From the NCBI GenBank assembly GCA_964016885.1, contig OZ024741.1, forward strand, positions 12,090,001 through 12,154,000: 64,000 nucleotides of DNA, in the 5' to 3' direction. This document shows, in pieces, positions 18,301 to 36,010 of this stretch (positions are counted from its first letter, which is position 1; each line of letters starts with the position of its first letter). The notes beneath the pieces are model-generated. The model searched no databases and was not told the origin of the DNA. It saw only the letters and a program-made list of their open reading frames with translations. This DNA comes from Eledone cirrhosa. Lineage: Eukaryota. A program made the position numbers and the translations under genes.

Positions 18301-20203
18301 ATCACCACTAACACCACCATCAGAGACCAAAACCATGCCAATACCACCACCACTAACACCATCATCAGAGCTCAATACCATACCAATACCATCACCACTA
18401 ACACCACCATCAGAGACCAAAACCATACCAATACCATCACCACTAACACCAACATCAGACATCAATACCAAAACAATACCACCACCACTAACACCACCAC
18501 CAGACATAAATACCATACCAATGCCACCACCACTAACACCACCATCAGAGACCAATACCATACCAATACCAGCACCACTAACACTATCATCAGACATCAA
18601 TACCATACCAATACCATCACCACTAACACCACCATCAGACATCAATACCACAACAATACCACCACCACTAACACCACCACCAGACATAAATACCATACCA
18701 ATACCATCACCACTAACACCACCATCAGACATCAATACCATACCAATACCATCACCACTAACACCACCACCAGACATCAATACCATACCAATACTTCCAC
18801 CATCAGACATCAATACCCTTACGAATACCACCACCACTAACTCCATCATCAGAGATCAATACCATACCAATACCATCACCACTAACACCATCATCAGACA
18901 TCAATACCATACCAACACCATCACCACTAACTCCACCATCAGACACCAATACCATACCAATACCATCACCACTAACACCACCATCAGACATCAATAACAT
19001 ACCAATACCACCACCACTAACACCATCATCAGACATCAATACCATACCAATACCATCACCACTAACTCCACCATCAGACATCAATACCATACCAATACCA
19101 CCACCACTAACACCACCATCAGACACCAATACCATACCAATACCATCACCACTAACACCACTATCAGACACCAATACCAAACCAATATCATCACCACTAA
19201 CACCACCATCAGACATCAATACCATACCAATACCATCACCACTAACTCCACCTTCAGACATCAATACCATACCAATACCTCCACCACTATCACCACAATC
19301 ATACACCAATACCATACCTATACCATCACCACTAACACGACCATCAGACATCAATACCATACCAATACCACCACCACTAACACCACCATCAGACATCAAT
19401 ACTATACACATACCATCACCACTAACAACACCATCAGACATCAATACCATACCAATACCATCACCACTAAAGCCACCATCAGAGACCAATACCATACCAA
19501 TACCACCACCACTAACACCATCATCAGACATTAAAACCATACCAATACCACCACCACTAACACCATCATCAGACATCAATACCATACCAATACCATCACC
19601 ACTAACACCTCCATCAGACACCAATACCATACCAATACCACCACCACTAACACCACCATCAGACATCAATACCATACCAATACCATCACCACTAACACCT
19701 CCATCAGACACCAATACCATACCAATACCACCACCACTAACACCATCATCAGACATTAAAACCATACAAATACCACCACCACTAACACCACCATCAGAGA
19801 TCAATACCATACCAATACCTCCACCATCAGACATCAATACCCTTACCACTACCACCACCACTAACACCATCATCAGAGATCAATACCATACCAATACCAT
19901 CACCACTAACACCACCATCAGACACCAATAACATACCAATACCATCACCACTAACACCACCATCAGACATCAATACCAAAACACTACCACCACCACTAAC
20001 ACCACCACCAGACATAAATACCATACCAATACCATCACCACTAACACCACCATCAGACACCAATACCATACCAATACCATCACCACTAACACCACCACCA
20101 GACATCAATACCATACCAATACTTCCACCATCAGACATCAATACACTTACCAATACCACCACCACTAACTCCATCATCAGAGATCAATACCATACCAATA
20201 CCA
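15218..20203 (+). repeat. ~1.5-kb segment duplicated at 3,455-bp offset (~15,218-16,748 and ~18,673-20,203)
   Basis: ORFs 15348..16418 and 18803..19873, and 16372..16722 and 19827..20177, have identical translations at offset 3,455. Confidence 0.93.
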
Positions 20204-20659
20204 TCACCACTAACACCATCATCAGACATCAATACCCAACCAATACCATCACCACTAACTCCACCATCAGACACCAATACCATACCAATACCATCACCAC
20301 TAACACCACCATCAGACATCAATAACATACCAATACCACCACCACTAACACCATCATCAGACATCAATACCATACCACTACCATCACCACTAACTCCACC
20401 ATCAGACATCAATACCATACCAATACCATCACCACTAACTACACCATCAGACATCAATACCATACCAATACCACCACCACTAACACCATCATCAGACATC
20501 AATACCATACCAATACCATCACCACTAACTCCACCATCAGACATCAATACCATACCAATACCATCACAACTTACACCACCATCAGACATCAATACCATAC
20601 CAATACCTCCACCACTATCACCACAATCAGACACCAATACCATACCTATACCATCACCA

Positions 20660-23600
20660 CTAACACCACCATCAGATATCAATACTATACCAATACCACC
20701 ACCACCAATACCACCATCAGAGACCAATACCATCACCACTAACACCACCATCAGACATCAATACCATCACCACTAACACCACCATCAGAGACAAATACCA
20801 TACCAATACCACCACCACTAACAGCACCATCAGACACCAATACCATACCAATACCATCACCACTAACACCACAATTCAGACATCAATACCATATCAATAC
20901 CATTACCACTAACACCACCATCAGACATTAATATCATACCAATACCACCAACACTAACACCACCATCAGAGATCAATACCATACCAATACGTCCACCATC
21001 AGACATCAATACCCTTACCACTACCACCACCACTAACACCATCATCAGAGATCAATACCATACCAATACCATCACCACTAACACCACCATCAGACACCAA
21101 TTACATACCAATACCATCACCACTAACACCACCATCAGACATCAATAACATACCAATACCACCACCACTAACACCATCATCAGACATCAATACCATACCA
21201 ATACCATCACCACTAACTCCACCATCAGACACCAATACCATACCAATACCACCACCACTAACACCACCATCAGACATCAATGCAATACCAATACCACCAC
21301 CACTAACACCACCATCAGACACCAATACCATCACCACTAACACCACCATCAGACACCAATACCAGACCAATATCATCACCACTAACACCACCATCAGACA
21401 TCAATACCATACCAATACCATCACCACTAACTCCACCATCAGACATCAATACCATACCAATACCACCACCACCACTAACACCATCATCAGACATCAATAC
21501 CATACCAATACCATCACCACTAACACCACCATCAGACACCAATACCAAACCAATATCATCACCACTAACACCACCATCAGACATCAATACCATACCAATA
21601 CCATCACCACTAACACCACCACCAGAAATCAATACCATACCAATACCATCACCACTAACACCACTCTCAGATATCAATACCATACCAATACCACCACCAC
21701 TAACACCACCATCAGACATCAATACTATACACATACCATCACCACTAACAACACCATCAGACATCAATACCATACCAATACCATCACCACTAAAGCCACC
21801 ATCAGAGACCAATACCATACCAATACCACCACCACTAACACCATCATCAGACATCAAAACCATACCAATACCACCACCACTAACACCATCATCAGACATC
21901 AATACCATACCAATACCATCACCACTAACACCTCCATCAGACAACAATACCATACCAATACCATCACCACTAACACCACCATCAGACATTAATATCATAC
22001 CAATACCACCACCACTAACACCACCATCAGACATCAATACCATACCAATACCATCACCACTAACACCACCATCAGACATTAATATCATACCAATACCACC
22101 ACCACTAACACCACCATCAGAGATCAATACCATACCAATACCCCCACCATCAGACATCAATACCCTTACCACTACCACCACCACTAACACCATAATCAGA
22201 GATCAATACCATACCAATACCATCACCACTAACACCACCATCAGACATCAATACCAAAACACTACCACCACCACTAACACCACCACCAGACATAAATACC
22301 ATACCAATACCATCACCACTAACACCACCATCAGACACCAATACCATACCAATACCATCACCAATAACACCACCACCAGACATCAATACCATACCAATAA
22401 CTCCACCATCAGACACCAATACCATACCAATACCATCACCACTAACACCACCATCAGACACCAATACCATACCAATACCATCACCAATAACACCACCACC
22501 AGACATCAATACCATACCAATACTTCCACCATCAGACACCAATACCATACCAATACCACAACCACTAACACCATCATCAGACATCAATACCATACCAATA
22601 CCACCACCACTAACACCACCATCAGACATCAATACCATACCAATACCATCACCACTATCTACACCATCAGACATCAATACCATACCAATACCACCACCAC
22701 TAACACCATCATCAGACATCAATACCATACCAATACCATCACCACTAACCCCACCATCAGACATCAATACCATACCAATAACAACCACCACTAACACCAC
22801 CATCAGACATCAATACCATACCAATAACAACCACCACTAACACCACCATCAGACATCAATACCATACCAATACCATCACTGCTAACGCCACCATCAGAGA
22901 CCAATACCATACCAATACCACCACCACTAACACCATCGTCAGACATCAATACCATACCAATACCATCACCACTAACCCCACCATCAGACATCAATACCAT
23001 ACCAATAACAACCACCACTAACACCACCATCAGACATCAATACCATACCAATACCATCACTGCTAACACCACCATCAGAGACCAATACCATACCAATACC
23101 ACCACCACTAACACCATCGCCAGACATCAATACCATACCAATACCACCACCACTAACAACACCATCAGACATGAATACCATACCAATACCATCCACACTA
23201 ACACCACCATCAGAGACCAATACCATTCCAATACCACCACCACTAACACCATCATCTGACATCAAAACCATTCCAATACCACCACCACTAACACCATCAT
23301 CGGACACCAATACCATACCAATACCACCACCACTAACACCATCATCAGACATCAATACCATACAAATACCATCACCACTAACACCTCCATCAGACACCAA
23401 TACCATACAAATACCACCACCACTAACACCACCATCAGACATCAATACCATACCAATACCATCACCACTAACTACACCATCAGACATCAATACCATACCA
23501 ATACCATCACCACTAACACCACCATCAGACATCAATACCATACCAATACCATCACCACTAACCCCACCATCAGACATCAATACCATACCAATACCATCAC

Positions 23601-26600
23601 CACTAACACCTCCATCAGACACCAATACCATACAAATACCACCACCACTAACACCACCATCAGACATCAATACCATACCAATACCATCACCACTAACACC
23701 ACCCTCCGAGACCAATACCATACCAATACCATCACCACTAACACCACCATCAGACATCAATACCATACCACTAACACCACCATCGGACACCAATCCCATA
23801 CCAATACCATCACCACTAACACCACCATCATACATCAATACCATACCAATACCACCACCACTAACACCATCATCAGACATCAATACCATACCAATACCAC
23901 CACCACTAACACCACCATCAGACACCAATACCATACCAATACCATCACCACTAACACCACCATCAGACATCAATACCATACCAATACCACCACCACTAAC
24001 ACCACCACCAGACATAAATACCATACCAATACCACCATCACTAACACTATCACCAGACATCAATACCATATCAATACCATCACCACTAACACCGCCATCA
24101 GACATCAATACCATACCAATACCACCACCACTAACACCACCATCAGTCACCAATACCATACCAATACCACCACCACTAACACCACCATCAGAAATCAATA
24201 CCATACCAATACCACCACCACTAACACCACCATCAGAAATCAATACCATACCAATACCACCACCACTAACACCACCACCAGACATAAATACCATACCAAT
24301 ACCACCACCACTAACACCATCATCAGACATCAATACCATACCAATACCACCACCACTAACACCACCATCAGACACCAATACCATACCAATACCACCACCA
24401 CTAACACCACCATCAGAAATCAATACCATACCAATACCACCACCACTAACACCACCACCAGACATAAATACCATACCAATACCACCATCACTAACACTAC
24501 CATTAGAGACCAATTCCATACCAATTCCACCACCACTAACACCACCATCAGACATCAATACTATACCAATACCACCACCACCATCAGAGAACAATACCAC
24601 CACTACTAACACCACCATCAGAGACCAATACCATACCAATACCATCACAACGAACACCACCATCAGACATCAATACCATACCAATACCTCCACCACTATC
24701 ACCACAATCAGACACCAATACCATACCTATACCATCACCACTAACGCCACCATCAGATATCAATACTATACCAATACCACCACCACCAATACCACCATCA
24801 GAGACCAATACCATCACCACTAACACCACCATCAGACATTAATACCATCACCACTAACACCACCATCAGAGACCAATACCATACCAATACCACCACCACT
24901 AACACCACAATCAGACACCAATACCATACCAATACCATCACCACTAACACCAGCATCAGACATCAATACCGTACCAATACCACCACCACTAACACTACCA
25001 TCAGACACCAATACCATACCAATACCATCACCACTAACACCACAATTCAGACATCAATACCATATCAATACCATCACCACTAACACCACCATCAGACATT
25101 AATATCATACCAATACCACCACCACTAACACCACCATCAGAGATCAACACCCTTACCAATACCACCACCACTAACACCATCATCAGAGATCAATACCATT
25201 ACCACTAACACCACCATCAGACATCAATACCATCACCACTAACACCACCATCAGAGACCAATACCATACCAATACCATCACCACTAACACCACCATCAGA
25301 CACCAATACCATACCAATACCATCACCACTAACACCACCATCAGACACCAATAACATACCAATACCATCACCACTAACACCACCATCAGACATCAATAAC
25401 ATACCAATACCACCACCACTAACACCATCATCAGACATCAATACCATACCAATACCACCACCACTAACACCACCATCAGACATCAATACCATACCAATAC
25501 CACCACCACTAACACCACCATCAGACATCAATACCATACCAATACCATCACCACTAACTCCACCATCAGACATCAATACCATACCAATACCACCACCACT
25601 AACACCATCATCAGACATCAATACCATACCAATACCACCATCACTAACACCACCATCAGACACCAATACCATACCAACACCATCACCAGTAACACCACCA
25701 TCAGACATCAATACCATACCAATACCATCACCACTAACACCACCACCAGAAATCAATACCATACCAATACCATCACCACTAACACCACTCTCAGGCATCA
25801 ATACCATACCAATACCACCAACACTAACACCATCATCAGACATCCGTACCATACCAATTCCACCATCACTAACACCACCATCAGACACCAATACCATACA
25901 AATACCATCACCAGTAACACCACCATCAGACATCAATAACATACCAATACCACCACCACTAACACCATCATCACACATCAATACCATAGCAATACCACCA
26001 CCACTAACACCACCATCAGACATCAATACCCTTACCAATACCACCATCACTAACACTATCATCAGAGATCAATACCATCACCACTAACTCCACCATCAGA
26101 CACCAATACCATACCGATACCACCACCACTAACACCACCATCAGACATCAATACCATACGAATACCACCACCACTAACACCACCATCAGACACCAATACC
26201 ATACCAATACCACCACCACTAACACCATCATCAGACATCAATACCATACCAATACCATCAACACTAACGCCACCATCAGAGACCAATACCATACCAATAC
26301 CACCACCACTAACACCATCATCAGACATCAAAAACCATACCAATACCACCACCACTAACATCATCAACAGACATCAATACCATACCAATACCATCACCAC
26401 TAACACCATCATCAGACATCAATACCATACCAATACCATCACCACTATCTCCACCATCAGACACCTATACCATACCAATACCATCACCACTAACACCACC
26501 ATCAGACATCAATAACATACCAATACCATCACCACTAACAACACCATCAGACACCAATACCATACCAATTACACCACCACTAACACCACCATCAGACATA

Positions 26601-29600
26601 AATACTATACCAATACCATCACCACTAACAACACCATCAGACACCAATACCATACCAATAACAACCACCACTAACACCACCATCAGACATCAATACCATA
26701 CCAATACCATCACCACTAACACCACCATCAGACACCAATACCAAACCAATATCATCACCACTAACACCACCATCAGATATCAATACCATACCAATACCAC
26801 CATCACTAACACCACCATCAGACACCAATACCATACCAATACCATCACCAGTAACACCACCATCAGACATCAATACCATACCAATACCACCACCACTAAT
26901 ACCACCACCAGAAATCAATACCATACCAATACCATCACCACTAACACCACCATCAGACACCAATACCAAACCAATATCATCACCACTAACACCACCATCA
27001 GACATCAATACCATACCAATACCACCACCACTAACACCACCATCAGACATCAATACTATACCAATACCATCACCACTAACAACACCATCAGACATCAATA
27101 CCATACCAATACCATCACCACTAACGCCACCATCAGAGACCAATACCATACCTATACCACCACCACTAACACCATCATCAGACATCAAAACCATACCAAT
27201 ACCATCACCACTAACACCTCCATCAGACACCAATACCATACCAATACCATCACCACTAACGCCACCATCAGAGACCAATACCATACCTATACCACCAACA
27301 CTAACACCATCATCAGACACCAATACCATACCAATACCATCACCACTAACACCACCATCAGACATCAATACCATACCAATAACACCACCACTAACTCCAC
27401 CATCAGACACAAATACCATACCAATACCACCACCACTAACACCATCATCAGACATCAAAACCATACCAATACCACCACCACTAACACCTCCATCAGACAT
27501 CAATACCATACCAATACCTCCACCATCAGGCATCAATACCATACCAATACGACCACCAATAACACCACCACAGACACCAATACCAAACCAATACCACCAC
27601 CACTAATACCACCATCAGGCATCAATACCATACCAATAGCACCACCACTATCACCACAATCAGACACCAATACCATACAAATACCATTACCACTAACACC
27701 ACCATCAGACATCAATACCATACCAATAACATCACAACTAACACCATCATCAGACATCAATACCATACCAATACCTCCACCATCAGACATCAATTCCCTT
27801 ACCAATACCACCACCACTAACACCATCATCAGAGATCAATACCATACCAATACCATCACCACTAACACCACCATCAGACACCAATAACATACCAATACCA
27901 TCACCACTAACACCACCATCAGACATCAATAACATACCAATACCACCACCACTAACACCATTATCAGACATCAATACCATACCAATACCATCACCACTAA
28001 CACCACCATCAGACATCAATACCATACCAATACCATCACCACTAACACCACCATCAGACATCAATACCATACCAATACCACCACCACTATTACCATCATC
28101 AGACATCAATACCATACCAATACCACCACCACTAACACCACCATCAAACATCAATACCATACCAATACCATCACCACTAACTCCACCATCAGAGACTAAT
28201 ACCATACAAATACCACCACCACTAACACCACCATCAGACATCAATACCAAAACAATACCATCACCACTAACACCGCCATCAGAGACCATTACCATACAAA
28301 TACCACCACCACTAACACTATCATCAGACATCAATACCAAACCAATACCACCACCAATAACACCATCATCAGACATCAACACCATACCAATACCATCACC
28401 ACTAACACCACCATCAGACACCAATACCATACCAATACCATCACCAATAACACCACCATCAGACACCAATACCATACCAATACCATCACCACTAACACCT
28501 CCATCAGACACCAATACCATACAAATACCACCACCACTAACACCACCATCAGACACCAATACCATACCAATACCACCACCACTAACACCACCATCAGATA
28601 TCAATACCATACCAATACCATCACCACTAACGCCACCATCAGAGACTAATACCATACAAATACCACCACCACTAACACCACCATCAGACATCAATACCAA
28701 AACAATACCATCACCACTAACACCGCCATCAGAGACCAATACCATACAAATACCACCACCACTAACACTATCATCAGACATCAATACCATACCAATACCA
28801 CCACCACTAACACCACCATCAGACATCAATACTATACCAATACCATCACCACTAACAACACCATCAGACATCAATACCATACCAATACCATCACCACTAA
28901 CGCCACTATCAGAGACCAATACCATACCAATACCACCACCACTAACACCATCATCAGACATCAATACCATACCAATACCATCACCACTAACACCTCCATC
29001 AGACACCAATACCATACAAATACCACCACCACTAACACCACCATCAGACATCAATACCATACCAATACCATCACCACTAACACCACCATCAGAGACCAAT
29101 ACCATACCGATACAACCACCACTAACACTATCATCAGATATCAATACCATACCAATACCACCACCACTAACACCACCATCAGACACCAATACCATACCAA
29201 TACCATCACCACTAACACCACCATTAGTGACACATACCATACCAATACCACCACCACTAACACCACCATCAGACACCAATACCATACCAATACCATCACC
29301 ACTAACACCACCATCAGTGACACATACCATACCAATACCATCACCACTAACACCATCATCAGACATCAATACCATACCAATACCATCACCACTAACACCC
29401 CCATCAGACACCAATACCATACCAATACCATCACCACTAACACCACCATCAGACACTAATACCTTTCCAATACCACCACCACTAACACCATCATCACACG
29501 TCAAAACCATACCAATACCACCACCACTAACACCATCATCAGACATCAATACCATACCAATACCATCACCACTAACACCTCCATCAGACACCAATACCAT

Positions 29601-32600
29601 ACAAATACCACCACCACTAACACCACCATCAGACATCAATACCATACCAATACCATCACCACTAACACCACCATCAGAGACCAATACCATACCAATACCA
29701 CCACCACTAACACTATCATCAGACATCAATACCATACCAATACCACCACCACTAACACCACCATCAGACATCAATACTATACCAATACCATCACCACTAA
29801 CAACACCATCAGACATCAATACCATACCAATACCATTACCACTACCGCCACCATCAGAGACCAATACCATACCAATACCACCACCACTAACACCATCATC
29901 AGACATCAAAACCATACCAATACCACCACCACTAACACCATCATCAGACATCATTACCATACCAATACCATCACCACTAACACCTCCATCAGACACCAAT
30001 ACCATACAAATACCATCACCACTAACACCACCATCAGACATCAATACCATACCAATACCATCACCACTAACACCACCATCAGAGACCAATACCATACCAA
30101 TACCACCACCACTAACACCATCATCAGACATCAAAACCATACCAATACCACCACCACTAACACCTCCATCAGACACCAATACCATACAAATACCACCACC
30201 ACTAACACCACCATCAGACATCAATACCATACCAATACCACCACCACTAACACCACCATCAGACACCAATACCATACCAATACCATCACCACTAACACCA
30301 CCATCAGTGACACATACCATACCAATACCACCACCACTAACACCATCATCAGACATCAAGACCATACCAATACCATCACCAATAACACCATCATCAGACA
30401 TCAATACCACACCAATACCACCACCATTAACACCACCATCAGAAACCAATACCAAACCAATATCATCACCACTAACGCCACCATCAGGGACCAATACCAT
30501 ACCAATACCATCACCACTAACACCACCATCAGAGACCAATACCATACCAATACCATCAACACTAACACCACCATCAGAGAACAATACCAAACCAACACCA
30601 CCACCACTAGCACCACAATCAGACATCAATACCATACCAATACCATCACCACTAACGCCACCATCGGGGACCAATACCATACCAATACCACCACCACTAA
30701 CACCATCGCCAGACATCAACACCATACCAATACCATCACCACTAACACCACCATCAGACACCAATACCATACCAATACCATCACCACTAACACCACCATC
30801 AAACACCAATACCATACCAATACCATCACCACTAACACCACCATCAGACATCAATACCATACCAATACCACCACCACTAACACCACCATCAGAGACCAAT
30901 GCCTTACCAATACCACCACCACTAACACCATCGTCAGACTTCAATACCATACCAATACCACCACCACTAACACCACCATCAGACATCAATACCATACCAA
31001 TACCATCCACACTAACACCACCATCAGAGACCAATACCATTCCAATACCACCACCACTAACACCATCATCAGACATGAAAACCATACCAATAGCACCACC
31101 ACTAACACCATCATCAGACATCAATACCATACCAATACCACCACCACTAATACCACCATCAGACATCAATACTATACAAATACCATCACCACTAACAACA
31201 CCATCAGACATCAATACCATACCAATACCATCACCACTAACGCCACTATCAGAGACCAATACCATACCAATACCACCACCACTAACACCATCATCAGACA
31301 TCAAAACCATACCAATACCACCACCACTAACACCATCATCAGACATCAATACCATACCAATACCATCACCACTAACACCTCCATCAGACACCAATACCAT
31401 ACAAATACCATCACCACTAACAACACCATCAGACATCAATACCATACCAATACCATCACCACTAACGCCACTATCAGAGACCAATACCATACCAATACCA
31501 CCACCACTAACACCATCATCAGACATCAAAACCATACCAATACCACCACCACTAACACCATCATCAGACATCAATACCATACCAATACCATCACCACTAA
31601 CACCTCCATCAGACACCAATACCATACAAATACCACCACCACTAACACCACCATCAGACATCAATACCATACCAATACCATCACCACTAACACCACCATC
31701 AGAGACCAATACCATACCAATACAACCACCACTAACACTATCATCAGACATTAATACCATACCAATACCACCACCACTAACACCACCATCAGACACCAAT
31801 ACCATACCAATACCATCACCACTAACACCACCATCAGTGACACATACCATACCAATACCACCACCACTAACACCACCATCAGACACCAATACCATAACAA
31901 TACCATCACCACTAACACCACCATCAGTGACACATACCATACCAATACCATCACCACTAACACCATCATCAGACATCAATACCATACCAATACCATCACC
32001 AATAACACCATCATCAGACATCAATACCACACCAATACCACCACCACTAACACCACCATCAGAGACCAATACCAAACCAATATCATCACCACTAACACCA
32101 CCATCAGAGACACATACCATACCAATACCACCACCACTAACACCATCATCAGACATCAATACCATACCAATACCATCACCACTAACACCCCCATCAGACA
32201 CCAATACCATACCAATACCATCACCGCTAACACCACCATCAGACACCAATACCATTCGAATACCACCACCACTAACACCATCATCACACATCAAAACCAT
32301 TCCAATACCACCACCACTAACACCATCATCAGACATCAATACCATACCAATACCATCACCACTAACACCTCCATCAGACACCAATACCATACAAATACCA
32401 CCACCACTAACACCACCATCAGAGACCAATACCATACCAATACCACCACCACTAACACTATCATCAGACATCAATACCATACCAATACCACCACCACTAA
32501 CACCACCATCAGACATCAGTACTATACCAATACCATCACCACTAACAACACCATCAGACATCAATACCATACCAATACCATCACCGCTAACGCCACCATC

Positions 32601-35600
32601 AGAGACCAATACCATACCAATACCACCACCACTAACACCATCATCAGACATCAAAACCATACCAATACCACCACCACTAACACCATCATCAGACATCAAT
32701 ACCATACCAATACCACCACCACTAACACCACCATCAGACATCAATACCATACCAATACCATCCACACTAACACCACCATCAGAGACCAATACCATTCCAA
32801 TACCACCACCACTAACACTATCATCAGACATGAAAACCATACCAATAGCACCACCACTAACACCATCATCAGACATCAATACCATACCAATACCACCACC
32901 ACTAACAACACCATCAGAGACCAATACCATACAAATACCACCACCACTAACACTATCATCAGACATCAATACCAAACCAATACCACCACCAATAACACCA
33001 TCATCAGACATCAACACCATACCAATACCATCACCACTAACACCACCATCAGACACCAATACCATACCAATACCATCACCAATAACACCACCATCAGACA
33101 CCAATACCATACCAATACCATCACCACTAACACCTCCATCAGACACCAATACCATACAAATACCACCACCACTAACACCACCATCAGACACCAATACCAT
33201 ACCAATACCACCACCACTAACACCACCATCAGATATCAATACCATACCAATACCATCACCACTAACGCCACCATCAGAGACTAATACCATACAAATACCA
33301 CCACCACTAACACCACCATCAGACATCAATACCAAAACAATACCATCACCACTAACACCGCCATCAGAGACCAATACCATACAAATACCACCACCACTAA
33401 CACTATCATCAGACATCAATACCATACCAATACCACCACCACTAACACCACCATCAGACATCAATACTATACCAATACCATCACCACTAACAACACCATC
33501 AGACATCAATACCATACCAATACCATCACCACTAACGCCACTATCAGAGACCAATACCATACCAATACCACCACCACTAACACCATCATCAGACATCAAT
33601 ACCATACCAATACCATCACCACTAACACCTCCATCAGACACCAATACCATACAAATACCACCACCACTAACACCACCATCAGACATCAATACCATACCAA
33701 TACCATCACCACTAACACCACCATCAGAGACCAATACCATACCGATACAACCACCACTAACACTATCATCAGATATCAATACCATACCAATACCACCACC
33801 ACTAACACCACCATCAGACACCAATACCATACCAATACCATCACCACTAACACCACCATTAGTGACACATACCATACCAATACCACCACCACTAACACCA
33901 CCATCAGACACCAATACCATACCAATACCATCACCACTAACACCACCATCAGTGACACATACCATACCAATACCATCACCACTAACACCATCATCAGACA
34001 TCAATACCATACCAATACCATCACCAATAACACCGTCATCAGACATCAATACCACACCAATACCACCACCACTAACAACACCATCAGAGACCAATACCAA
34101 ACCAATATCATCACCACTAACACCACCATCAGAGACACATACCATACCAATACCACCACCACTAACACCATCATCAGACATCAATACCATACCAATACCA
34201 TCACCACTAACACCCCCATCAGACACCAATACCATACCAATACCATCACCACTAACACCACCATCAGACACTAATACCTTTCCAATACCACCACCACTAA
34301 CACCATCATCACACGTCAAAACCATACCAATACCACCACCACTAACACCATCATCAGACATCAATACCATACCAATACCATCACCACTAACACCTCCATC
34401 AGACACCAATACCATACAAATACCACCACCACTAACACCACCATCAGACATCAATACCATACCAATACCATCACCACTAACACCACCATCAGAGACCAAT
34501 ACCATACCAATACCACCACCACTAACACTATCATCAGACATCAATACCATACCAATACCACCACCACTAACACCACCATCAGACATCAATACTATACCAA
34601 TACCATCACCACTAACAACACCATCAGACATCAATACCATACCAATACCATTACCACTACCGCCACCATCAGACATCAAAACCATACCAATACCATCACC
34701 ACTAACACCACCATCAGACATCAATACCATACCAATACCATTACCACTACCGCCACCATCAGACATCAATACCATACAAATACCATCACCACTAACACCA
34801 CCATCAGACATCAATACCATACCAATACCATCACCACTAACACCACCATCAGAGACCAATACCATACCAATACCACCACCACTAACACCATCATCAGACA
34901 TCAAAACCATACCAATACCACCACCACTAACACCTCCATCAGACACCAATACCATACAAATACCACCACCACTAACACCACCATCAGACATCAATACCAT
35001 ACCAATACCACCACCACTAACACCACCATCAGACACCAATACCATACCAATACCATCACCACTAACACCACCATCAGTGACACATACCATACCAATACCA
35101 CCACCACTAACACCATCATCAGACATCAAGACCATACCAATACCATCACCAATAACACCATCATCAGACATCAATACCACACCAATACCACCACCATTAA
35201 CACCACCATCAGAAACCAATACCAAACCAATATCATCACCACTAACGCCACCATCAGGGACCAATACCATACCAATACCATCACCACTAACACCACCATC
35301 AGAGACCAATACCATACCAATACCATCAACACTAACACCACCATCAGAGAACAATACCAAACCAACACCACCACCACTAGCACCACAATCAGACATCAAT
35401 ACCATACCAATACCATCACCACTAACGCCACCATCGGGGACCAATACCATACCAATACCACCACCACTAACACCATCGCCAGACATCAACACCATACCAA
35501 TACCATCACCACTAACACCACCATCAGACACCAATACCATACCAATACCATCACCACTAACACCACCATCAAACACCAATACCATACCAATACCATCACC

Positions 35601-36010
35601 ACTAACACCACCATCAGACATCAATACCATACCAATACCACCACCACTAACACCACCATCAGAGACCAATGCCTTACCAATACCACCACCACTAACACCA
35701 TCGTCAGACTTCAATACCATACCAATACCACCACCACTAACACCACCATCAGACATCAATACCATACCAATACCATCCACACTAACACCACCATCAGAGA
35801 CCAATACCATTCCAATACCACCACCACTAACACCATCATCAGACATGAAAACCATACCAATAGCACCACCACTAACACCATCATCAGACATCAATACCAT
35901 ACCAATACCACCACCACTAATACCACCATCAGACATCAATACTATACAAATACCATCACCACTAACAACACCATCAGACATCAATACCATACCAATACCA
36001 TCACCACTAA
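20660..36010 (+). repeat. Copy 2 of the ~20.7-kb-period duplication
   Basis: Rare variants and indels occur in the same order as in 1-15,215. The match is lost near 15,215 vs 36,010 (CACTAATACCACCACCAGAC vs CACTAACGCCACTATCAGAG). Confidence 0.95.
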
